Shown here piece by piece: positions 47,311 through 55,151 of a DNA stretch of 64,000 nucleotides. The notes below the pieces were generated by a model. It was not told the DNA's origin. It ran no database searches and saw nothing but the letters and a program-made list of their open reading frames with translations. The position numbers and the translations under genes were made by a program. Source of the DNA: an uncultured bacterium (GTDB lineage: Bacteria; Patescibacteriota; Saccharimonadia; Saccharimonadales; 2-12-FULL-41-12); contig CAWIAU010000001.1 of the NCBI GenBank assembly GCA_963834265.1, positions 199,572 through 263,571 on the forward strand, in the 5' to 3' direction. How positions within the stretch are numbered: position 1 is the stretch's first letter; each line of letters opens with the position of its first letter.

Positions 47311-47347
47311 TGTGAAGTCGCAGGTTCAAGTCCTGTCACCCCGACCA
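47220..47347 (+). ncRNA. candidate 128-nt tRNA-like RNA (acceptor, D-like hairpin, T arm and CCA, but no anticodon arm)
   Basis: The 5' TGGGGTG pairs with the 3' CACCCCG-A-CCA. There is a canonical T arm GCAGG-TTCAAGT-CCTGT and a D-like hairpin GTGA-GCCAGTGGC-TCAC. The roughly 75-nt middle forms several hairpins but I could not fold a 7-nt anticodon loop. Confidence 0.35.
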
Positions 47348-47471
47348 CGGACGAAATTATCGGTTTTAATGAACCCGGCCCTCAAATTTTAAATTTGTAG
47401 GCTGTTTTTAACCTGTTTTTCGTAATTCTTTTATTATAGCTGGAACACCATCTGAGTGGACGGATCGACTT

Positions 47472-48164
47472 CTAGCGAGTACCGGGCTTAGAAAGAGCAA
47501 TCGTGTAACATTGGGTACCAGCTTTGTGAACTTTGAATGTTCCCATAGCTTCTCTAGATTCAAGCGTCTCGCCATCAATCACCTTTTTTACTATTTCAGA
47601 TCCTGAACTACTGGTTTCTTTTTCTCCGGAGTAATCAGGAGTTGTATCTTTTTCAAAGTTTCCGCATAACACATATGTAGTGTCGTTAATAATCTTGTAT
47701 GTTGTACCTTGAACTAATGATTGAGCTAATTCTGACTCACTAGGCAGACTGTTATTGTTCTTGTAATACAAATGATCAATTTTCGTATTAATTTCTCTCA
47801 AATCGTTCGCCTTTTTTGCATCACGAGGATTTTCTGGCGGTCGGGTTAACCTGTTGTAGCCCATATATCCGGCAAGTATCAATAAGGCGAACACGGCTGA
47901 AATAGCCCACAATAACCAAACGGATTTCCGCGTTGCGCTCGTAAATTTCTTACCCAGAATAAAGAATACAGCCAGCGCCATTACCGCAACCGGACAGAGG
48001 AAAAGGATTACGATCATAAATCCCCATCCGGTTTCGGGTACGCCACGCAAAGCACCTGACATAATATCCCCGATGACAAAAATTAATATTTGAACTATAG
48101 CGAGTATAAAAATTGAGCCTGCTATGGATGCAAATAGTGCAAAAAGTTTTATTTTCGCAATCAT
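47472..48164 (-). CDS. polytopic membrane protein with a pilin-like C-terminal head
   Basis: Four N-terminal TM helices, then RDAKKANDLREINTKIDHLYYKNNNSLP. This resembles the RDAKR..DL..I..AL..YY start of type IV pilin globular domains. No prepilin leader is present. Confidence 0.6.
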   Translation of the reverse strand: MIAKIKLFALFASIAGSIFILAIVQILIFVIGDIMSGALRGVPETGWGFMIVILFLCPVAVMALAVFFILGKKFTSATRKSVWLLWAISAVFALLILAGYMGYNRLTRPPENPRDAKKANDLREINTKIDHLYYKNNNSLPSESELAQSLVQGTTYKIINDTTYVLCGNFEKDTTPDYSGEKETSSSGSEIVKKVIDGETLESREAMGTFKVHKAGTQCYTIALSKPGTR

Positions 48165-48311
48165 AAACAGATTATAGCAGACATGAGATACAGTAATTTA
48201 TCCAGACATCGTATAAATAGACTTTGTTTCAACAGCTTAGCCTGATTTAAAACGCTTAAGTACTTATCGGGCCATTATTATTGATAACGATTAGGATATA
48301 ATGAAGAGAAT

Positions 48312-48569
48312 ATGTGGCAAAAGACAGACTATACTTTATATCAAAAATTTAAGTTCAAAGATTTTGACGAGGCTTTCATTTTTATGGAAAGAGTAGCAGA
48401 GGCTGCTCGCGTACAAAATCACCACCCTAAGATTATAAACAACTATAATATAGTAGAATTATGGCTCAGCACCCATAGTGCCGGCGATACTGTTACAGAC
48501 AAAGACCACCAGCTAGCAAAGGCAATAGACGAGGCGTATGAATCCCGTAGTGAGCCCCAAAGCCGCTAA
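48312..48569 (+). CDS. pterin-4-alpha-carbinolamine dehydratase (PCD/DCoH)
   Basis: FKDFDEAFIFMERVAEAARVQNHHPKI...VELWLSTHS is the PCD signature. Confidence 0.85.
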   Translation: MWQKTDYTLYQKFKFKDFDEAFIFMERVAEAARVQNHHPKIINNYNIVELWLSTHSAGDTVTDKDHQLAKAIDEAYESRSEPQSR

Positions 48570-48666
48570 GCGGGAAATAATGTTAAATTCAATATGATGC
48601 TAGGATAGGTAAGATGACACAACAAACGCAAACCTTTTCTAAAAGTACTTCGGAATATACTACAGG

Positions 48667-49464
48667 ATGAAAACACTAAAATTTGACCATACAGTAGCGC
48701 AGGAAATATTAGCCGGCAAAAAAACAGCCACATGGCGTATGTACGACGACAAGGACTTATCTGTGAATGACGAGGTCAAAATAATTGATAAAGTTGATCC
48801 TGACTCTTCGGATTCATGGCAAATTATTGGCGAAGCCAGGATAACTCAAATTACCGAGAAAAATCTGGGAGATGTCACTCCGGCTGACATGAAGGGTCAC
48901 GAGGAGTTTCGCTCCCGCGCGGAAATGATGCAAACCTACAAAAATTATTATGGCGAACGCGTAGACTTCGATACTCCGGTCAGGATGATTTACTTTAAGT
49001 TTACCCCGTCAAGCGGTGAAAGAGCCTCAGAGGCTATGCTTCTGGAAGAGGCCAAAATTTATACTGACGGCGGCTCGCGTGGCAACCCCGGACACTCGGC
49101 TTGCGGGTATGCCATCTGTAATATGGATGATAGTGTTGTCGAAAAAGCAGGCGTTTACATCGGTATTGCCACCAATAATCAGGCAGAATATAATGGCTTC
49201 GTCCGTGCACTGGAGCGGGCTCAGGATCTGGGTATAGACAGGATTATGCTCTTTTCTGACAGTCAGCTGGTCGTCAATCAGATGAAAGGCCTCTACAAGG
49301 TCAAAAATCAGGAGCTCGCCCCTCTGCATCAGCAAGTCGTTGAGCTTAGCAGATCATTCAAAGAAATAAGCTTCACTCATATCCCGCGTGAGCTCAACAA
49401 GATTGCCGATGCAATGGTCAACGAAACGCTCGATGCCCGTGAGCAGGGCAGGCATAGCCAGTAA
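48667..49464 (+). CDS. ASCH domain - RNase H (type 1) fusion protein
   Basis: The N-terminal roughly 110 aa is ASCH-like (ILAGKKTATWRMYDD). The C-terminus has RNase HI catalytic blocks (IYTDGGSRGNPG, NNQAEY, LFSDSQLVVNQM, NKIADAMVN). Confidence 0.75.
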   Translation: MKTLKFDHTVAQEILAGKKTATWRMYDDKDLSVNDEVKIIDKVDPDSSDSWQIIGEARITQITEKNLGDVTPADMKGHEEFRSRAEMMQTYKNYYGERVDFDTPVRMIYFKFTPSSGERASEAMLLEEAKIYTDGGSRGNPGHSACGYAICNMDDSVVEKAGVYIGIATNNQAEYNGFVRALERAQDLGIDRIMLFSDSQLVVNQMKGLYKVKNQELAPLHQQVVELSRSFKEISFTHIPRELNKIADAMVNETLDAREQGRHSQ

Positions 49465-49468
49465 TAAA

Positions 49469-49811
49469 AGCCAGACTATCTATAAGCCGGGTTTTGTAAT
49501 CGTTGATCATCTATCTAGTCCCGACATTGCTATCAGGATCAAGCGGTTCTTATGAAGTATAATCGGCGGGAACCTATGTGAATATACTTCTCCTTGCAGC
49601 AGACAGGGTTTACCTCCTGACTACGTCACCATAATCAGCTGTGAGCTCTTGCCTCACTCTTTTCACCATCTCCTCCCGAAAGAGGAAGTATTGTTTCTGT
49701 GGCACTTTCCCTGGGGTTACCCCCGGTTGCCGTTAGCAACTGTCTCTCCCTATGCTGCCCGGACTTTCCTCCCCCGACGAGTCGGGGGTGATCAACCGAT
49801 AATCTGGCTAA
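49469..49811 (-). ncRNA. rnpB: RNase P RNA, bacterial type A
   Basis: The minus strand reads AGCCAGAUUAUC (P1)...CCCCCGACUCGUCGGGGG (P3) GAGGAAAGUCCGGGC (P4 5')...GUGCCACAGAAA...ACAAAACCCGGCUUAU (P4 3')...GAUAGUCUGGCU (P1 3'). The ends are approximate. Confidence 0.92.
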
Positions 49812-49824
49812 CTCAGTATAGCAT

Positions 49825-50169
49825 TTATTTGCTGGCGGCTTTGACTACTTCAGTGAAGGCTGCGGGTTCATTCACCGCGAGTTCGGCGAGAATTTTACGG
49901 TCCAGCTCAATGTTGTTCTTTTTGAGTCCGGCGATAAGTTTGCTGTAGGTTGTGCCTTGCAAACGAGCAGCAGCATTGATACGGGTGTTCCAGAGCTGGC
50001 GGAAAGTGCGCTTACGATCTTTGCGGTCCCTGGTAGCATTCTCGAGTGCCTTAATGATAGCTTGTTTGCCACGACGGATACTACTCCTGTTAGAGCGGGT
50101 CATGCCTTTGGTTGCTTTGCGGATCTTCTGGTGGCGGGCGTGTGTAGTTGTGCCTCTTTTTACGCGCAT
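49825..50169 (-). CDS. rplT: 50S ribosomal protein L20
   Basis: [22 protein letters not shown]...RRGKQAI is the L20 signature. Confidence 0.95.
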   Translation of the reverse strand: MRVKRGTTTHARHQKIRKATKGMTRSNRSSIRRGKQAIIKALENATRDRKDRKRTFRQLWNTRINAAARLQGTTYSKLIAGLKKNNIELDRKILAELAVNEPAAFTEVVKAASK

Positions 50170-50172
50170 CGA

Positions 50173-50367
50173 TCAGACTCCTAGCTTTCGTTTCAAATTC
50201 CTGACAGCCTTGCCTGTGACAGTCTCTGTGCCGGCAAAAGTACGCTTCGTAGAAGCACTTTTCTTCTTGAGGAAGTGATTAACAGCAGTATGGCGCCGAA
50301 GTACCTTGCCGGTCTTGCTTATCCTGATACGGTCTTTTGTCCCGCTGTGAGTTTTCATCTTTGGCAT
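50173..50367 (-). CDS. rpmI: 50S ribosomal protein L35
   Basis: MPKMKTHSGTKDRIRISKTGKV is the L35 signature. Confidence 0.95.
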   Translation of the reverse strand: MPKMKTHSGTKDRIRISKTGKVLRRHTAVNHFLKKKSASTKRTFAGTETVTGKAVRNLKRKLGV

Positions 50368-50368
50368 G

Positions 50369-50908
50369 TTATTCCTTTACTTCCTGCTTCTCGCGAGCAG
50401 AGGCACTGCCCCTGATGACGAATATTAATTGTTTGCCCGCCAGACTTGGTGGCTGATCGACATGGATACTGTCTCCGAATTGCTCAATAACTTTGGTTGC
50501 CAGAGTGAATCCGATGTCCTTATGAGCTAATTCCCGGCCCCGATAAAAGATAATCATCTTGACCTTGTGGCCTGTTGTCAGGAATTCGTTTACCTTGCGC
50601 AGCTTTACTCCCAGGTCGTGCTCACTGATTTTCAGGCCAAAACGCATTTGTTTGACTTCTAAAACCTTGGCACCACGCTTGTTCTTATGGAGTTGCTTGG
50701 TCTTTTGGTAGTTATATTTTCCCCAATCTACAATTTTGGCTACGGGAGGGTTTGCCTCCGGAGAGATTTCTACCAGATCCAACTCCTGATCGATTGCTAG
50801 CTGCAACGCTTCGCTACGCGAGAACACACCGATCTGTTTACCATCCTGATCTATAATACGTAGACTTGGTGCTCGGATCGCGTGATTCAAGCGGGTTGTT
50901 TTACTGAT
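50369..50908 (-). CDS. infC: translation initiation factor IF-3 (probable ATC start)
   Basis: IRAPSLRIIDQDGKQIGV and later IF-3 blocks. AAGGAG lies 8 nt upstream of the in-frame ATC at 50908-50906, whereas the TTG used by the ORF track (50890) has no Shine-Dalgarno. Confidence 0.9.
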   Translation of the reverse strand: MSKTTRLNHAIRAPSLRIIDQDGKQIGVFSRSEALQLAIDQELDLVEISPEANPPVAKIVDWGKYNYQKTKQLHKNKRGAKVLEVKQMRFGLKISEHDLGVKLRKVNEFLTTGHKVKMIIFYRGRELAHKDIGFTLATKVIEQFGDSIHVDQPPSLAGKQLIFVIRGSASAREKQEVKE

Positions 50909-50949
50909 TGGTTAATCTCCTTGCCCGGGCCGTGTAGATTGATCAGACA

Positions 50950-50978
50950 ATCATACCAGACTAAGTAACAGAGGTCAA
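50950..50978 (-). promoter_or_regulatory. sigma70-like promoter of infC-rpmI-rplT
   Basis: On the minus strand: TTGACC (50978-50973), a 17-nt spacer, then TATGAT (50955-50950). Confidence 0.55.
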
Positions 50979-50983
50979 GAATT

Positions 50984-51023
50984 AAGGAGGGAAAACCCGC
51001 TGCGCGCGGGGTTTTCCCTCCTT
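50984..51023. terminator. long GC-closed hairpin between comM and the infC promoter
   Basis: AAGGAGGGAAAACCCGC...GCGGGGTTTTCCCTCCTT forms a stem of about 17 bp with one bulged C. No adjacent U-run on either strand, so a terminator role is uncertain. Confidence 0.35.
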
Positions 51024-51110
51024 AGCTCACTTGCTGGTACTCGTTAGGATTTTCCCTTTCCATACTCTCTATTTTCGACGAGTAAATCGCCGAAAATGTG
51101 AGTATGATAA

Positions 51111-52622
51111 TTAGAGGACTAAGGGCTTTTTGCGGTACTGCAGAGCTTCGCTGATCTGGGCAATGCCCACTGATTCCTGACCGTCTACATCTGCAATTGT
51201 GCGGGCAACTTTCAGAGCTTTCATATAGCTTCTGGCTGACAGCTGCATTTGTTCGGCTGCATGATTGAGCATCTCTTCAGCTGCATCTGATAACAGCGCA
51301 AATAGCTTGAGTTCCTTATTATTCAGTTCGCTATTCAGTTTGCCTTCTCCCCGATCACGTTGCATACCCCGGGCGGCCAGTACTTTATCGGCAAGCCGCT
51401 CGCTCTCACCAATAAGGTTTGAATTCTTAAGCAGACGATTATGCGCGACTCCTTCTACTTCCACATACAGGTCGATACGGTCAATAACCGGTCCCGAGAT
51501 TTTCTTTTGATATCTTACGATTTCATGAGGCAAACAGTTGCAGGCCTGAGCTGTCCCGTAGTAGCCGCATGGACAGGGATTAGCTGTAGCCACCAGCATG
51601 AAGTTAGCGGGAAAGTCGACTGTGTCCCTGGCGCGGGCGACGGTAATCATTTTATCTTCCAGAGGCTGCCGAAGAGCTTCTATGACACTTCGCGCGAATT
51701 CCGGGAATTCATCAAAAAACAATATGCCATGGTGACTCAGGCTGATCTCGCCGGGTCGCGGGTTCTGGCCGCCGCCTATTATAGATATATTGCTGGAGCT
51801 ATGATGGGGGGTGCGAACTGGTCGGTTTTGTACAATTTTATCGAATTGCTTGCTGGCCAGACTATGCAGGTGGGTGACTTCCAGCATTTCTTCCCGCGAC
51901 AAGCAGGGCATAATGCCTGACAAAGCTTTCGCCAGCATACTTTTGCCGGTGCCGGGGGGTCCGTTTAGCATGATGTTATGATGGCCGGCAGCGGCAATCA
52001 ACAGGGCGCGCTTGGCGCTCTCCTGACCAACAACATCCTCAAATGATATCAACGGAGCTTCTCTCTTCTTATGTGGTGATGGTGATTCGCCAATCTCCCT
52101 GGAGTTGATACTTTCCGGTGTATTAAGCGCTTCGTACAAACTTCTTAGGCTGTTGACAGGGAAGACCTTTATACCTGGTATCAGACTGGCCTGAGGCAGA
52201 TTGGCCTCCGGTAACCAGAATTCGGTAATTCCAAGTTCGCGTCCTGTCAATATTTTGCCTATGATTCCCCGTACAGCCCGTACTGAGCCATCCAGGCCTA
52301 CTTCACCCATTACAGCGATATTCGGAGTTATAGAGGTAGTAATGAGATTGCCTGCCTGCATGATTGCTATTATCATCGGAAGATCGAAGCTTGTACCTTC
52401 TTTAGGAATATCTGCCGGGGCAAGGTTCAAGGTGATTCGTTTTTTTGGCAGCTGGATATTACTGCTGGAAAAAGCGCTGCGAATTCGTTCCTTAGCTTCA
52501 TCGACAGCTTTATTGGCAATACCTACAATTATAATATTAGGCAGAGAATTTGACAGATGGCACTCCACTTCCACAAGCAAGCCACTACCACCGCTTTCCA
52601 GTATTGTTTTTATACCTGCCAT
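51111..52622 (-). CDS. comM: Mg-chelatase-like AAA+ protein ComM/YifB
   Basis: 503 aa with an N-terminal Lon-protease-like domain, Walker A (GPPGTGKS), Walker B (ILFFDEF) and a C-terminal ChlI-like domain. Confidence 0.92.
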   Translation of the reverse strand: MAGIKTILESGGSGLLVEVECHLSNSLPNIIIVGIANKAVDEAKERIRSAFSSSNIQLPKKRITLNLAPADIPKEGTSFDLPMIIAIMQAGNLITTSITPNIAVMGEVGLDGSVRAVRGIIGKILTGRELGITEFWLPEANLPQASLIPGIKVFPVNSLRSLYEALNTPESINSREIGESPSPHKKREAPLISFEDVVGQESAKRALLIAAAGHHNIMLNGPPGTGKSMLAKALSGIMPCLSREEMLEVTHLHSLASKQFDKIVQNRPVRTPHHSSSNISIIGGGQNPRPGEISLSHHGILFFDEFPEFARSVIEALRQPLEDKMITVARARDTVDFPANFMLVATANPCPCGYYGTAQACNCLPHEIVRYQKKISGPVIDRIDLYVEVEGVAHNRLLKNSNLIGESERLADKVLAARGMQRDRGEGKLNSELNNKELKLFALLSDAAEEMLNHAAEQMQLSARSYMKALKVARTIADVDGQESVGIAQISEALQYRKKPLVL

Positions 52623-52833
52623 TCTTGTTTCTAAGTATAGCGGACTTACGCTAAATCACTCAGCACCGGATCAAATCTGAACAGTTACAAATTCCCACCT
52701 TCTAACGATGTAGCTATGGTTACTTCTCATTCAGCTGAAAAGTTTTCACTAGCATGATTTTAACTCTGAATCTTAAGTTATTTTGCATATAGTCCGGTTA
52801 ATTAGTATCAGGATTAATCAGGCATAAATTAAA

Positions 52834-52859
52834 AGACCCTGCTTGTGTAAGCAGGGTCT
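52834..52859. terminator. strong hairpin with U-runs on both strands
   Basis: 11-bp stem AGACCCTGCTT / AAGCAGGGTCT with a GTGT loop. The minus-strand reading is followed by TTTTAATTT and the plus-strand reading by GATGTTTTTGT. No annotated gene ends here. Confidence 0.55.
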
Positions 52860-54420
52860 GATGTTTTTGTGTTGGGCGGGGATTTGGATTTTCTTTTTTA
52901 TAATACGTCTGCTGGGTTTTTTGGAACAACGGCTTGCGAGAAGCCGTTGTTACTAGAGACGTTTTTGTTTTTGAGCACTTTTTTTATTCAAGTGCTGTGC
53001 ATATCTTATAAAGAGTTGTTAACAGTGTCAATACGTTTCTGCTTTAAAGCTGTGCATAAGTTTTTTATCAAGAATGCTTATCTACGAAATTTAAAGAATA
53101 CGCACATAATTCGGGTACATTTTTTATAAATATTAAGAAAAACAAAGATTTTTAGCCCGGTCGTATTGTACTGAGTTTAACTATTATCGAAGCCCCCACA
53201 TGCAACATAATAATCGTATATATTGCAAATTCAGCGCCACTATTGCATTTTAGCTGCCTGAGTAAATTCTGAGCAGGGAAATTTGATATACAACGTATAT
53301 AGATTACTAACAGTAAAGATCGCTGGTATACGTAAAATGTAAGAGTATTAGAATACCAGTTCCGGATTTGCATACCGATCATCAGTTATTCTTAAACAGA
53401 AGCAAACGCGTATACTACTAACTAGTAGTATACGGCTAGTTACGAATCAAAATGCTTCGGCGATGTTATCAGCTCAATTTCATGAACTTTGTGTCTCCGC
53501 ATGAATATTGAGCCAAAAAACATCACATACAGATATTTTGTCGGAAGATTTAATCGATATTTTTGACACGTCACACGTCCGGGTACAATAAGCAGATATC
53601 GTAATCGGTAAATAAAAATTATAAAATAAAAAGACCGGCCGCAATAATATGCTTATTGTGCAGCTCAAGCAAATAAAGGTTTATTTACTGCATGTGTCAG
53701 TTTCTGTTCAGAATATTTCGTTCACAACGCGCCTGAAATATGTAAAATATCATCACGGAAAAATAGGTTTATATATAACTCTATTTTTATGGCTATAAAA
53801 CCGATTGTCAATTTAGTAATGGTATCAGCTGTTGAAATCTATACATATAAATACTCGTAATGGTTCCGGAATTAATTAACAAGCCTGAGTTTCAGATTTA
53901 ACCAGCTTTACATCTAAGGTCGAAAATCTACTGATTCTTTTCCATCGGAACTTTATATCTTGCATTCTGAATCAATAAAACTGGTGCCAGGTAAACGATT
54001 ATGAAATTAGTTCAGACATTGTGTTGTCAAAATAGCTACTTAACTATAACATCTGTATATCTGATGTATTGTTATAAAAACAACCTAAAGATATTGACAA
54101 AAACACTTCTTTGTACTAAGATGGAACATGTAAACGTATACAAAATAAAAACGTCTGCAAAATTTAACGCTCTTGTTCTTGCGAATAGCAGAACAGAGCG
54201 GTCAGTCAAAGCCTTCAGGGCGATAAGCGCTAAATAGTAATAATTTACAGAGCGGTTTTATCGTCCGGGGCTCCTTTTTATTTCTGAAAATAATAGTTTG
54301 ATGTATGGTTAAATCAGTAAGGCAGCTACCGGATTTATCACGGTTTTCGATGAGCAGAAGCAAATGATCTGTCAGCGGGTATTTTTTTATCGGCACATAC
54401 AGATTACACTATGGAGAAGT

Positions 54421-54765
54421 ATGATCAGAGTTAAGAAATACCGCCATTTATTACACGCTTTGACAGGCATTTTTGCTCTGCTTATTTTTTTAATCACTAC
54501 TACTCCGGAGCAAATAGCACTCGGATTTTTGGTGATTCCGATTCTGGTAATTGTATTTATAACTTATGAACTGGTACGTTTCGGAATCTCGGTTTTCTCA
54601 AATAAGAAAGAGACCAAAAAACAGCAGGCTGTTAGTGCTATAACAGCAATTGCAACCGGACTTCTGCTTATGCTTCAATCAATCGGCCAGCTGTCAGCCG
54701 GTGATCTGGCTATTGTAGTATTTTTTGTTTTGATCTCAGTTTTTTATATTAATCGATTTCGATAA
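54421..54765 (+). CDS. small polytopic membrane protein
   Basis: GGAG lies 5 nt upstream of the ATG at 54421, so I prefer it to the track start at 54364. 114 aa with three hydrophobic helices. Confidence 0.6.
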   Translation: MIRVKKYRHLLHALTGIFALLIFLITTTPEQIALGFLVIPILVIVFITYELVRFGISVFSNKKETKKQQAVSAITAIATGLLLMLQSIGQLSAGDLAIVVFFVLISVFYINRFR

Positions 54766-54825
54766 AACGTAAATACTTTTTGTAAAGGCCCTTTAAGCCT
54801 ATGCTTATCTGTTATAATTTACAGT

Positions 54826-55131
54826 ATGGACTCGTCTCAAACACCTGCCAATTTTTCTCAGGGCAGCTCTCCTAAGCTACCTGCACAATCTTCGAACCAT
54901 TCCTCTGATGAAGAAACACCAGCTGCTGGTATTCAGGCTTATTCGGGTACGCAGGTGCCGGATGATGCAAGTGATGCTGATCTGATAGAAAAGGAGTGGG
55001 TTATAAAGGCTAAAGACATAGTGGATCACACGCAGGATAACCCGCATGCTCAGCAAAAGGCGATTAGTAAATTCAAGGCTGATTATATGAAGAAGCGCTA
55101 CAATAAAGACATTAAGACAGAGGGAGTCTAG
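54826..55131 (+). CDS. hypothetical soluble protein
   Basis: 101 aa with a low-complexity N-terminus and a helical C-terminus. Immediately precedes the ATPase gene. Confidence 0.5.
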   Translation: MDSSQTPANFSQGSSPKLPAQSSNHSSDEETPAAGIQAYSGTQVPDDASDADLIEKEWVIKAKDIVDHTQDNPHAQQKAISKFKADYMKKRYNKDIKTEGV

Positions 55132-55151
55132 CGGAAGGGCTTATATAGATT

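Noticed and set aside
46968-47347. The tRNA-Pro locus considered as tmRNA, since the span is about 380 nt, has a tRNA-like 3' end with CCA and a GGGG-rich 5' end.
   Set aside because: The acceptor has G3-C70 rather than the G3-U70 alanine identity pair. A complete tRNA-Pro sits inside. I found no tag reading frame ending in a hydrophobic tail plus stop. I found no hammerhead core. I compared only against the one cyanobacterial tRNA-Leu group I intron I could recall and saw no resemblance.
49649-49948. A 99-aa plus-strand ORF.
   Set aside because: It lies antisense to the RNase P RNA and the rplT 3' end. The region is fully explained by rnpB.
52990-53060. The AT-rich island considered as oriC.
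   Set aside because: I found only two DnaA-box-like 9-mers: TGTGCATAA at about 53052 and TGTGCATAT at about 52996. No dnaA or dnaN is adjacent, and I cannot compute GC skew on one window. The evidence is insufficient.
52869-54396. Five 62-86-aa ORFs inside the AT-rich island. I also considered whether an alternative genetic code (UGA sense) could merge them.
   Set aside because: Their composition is that of random AT-rich sequence (Phe/Ile/Lys/Asn/Tyr/Leu-rich). They have no Shine-Dalgarno. TAA and TAG stops, not just TGA, break the frames. Flanking genes terminate normally at TGA (for example pilC and the 11004 gene).
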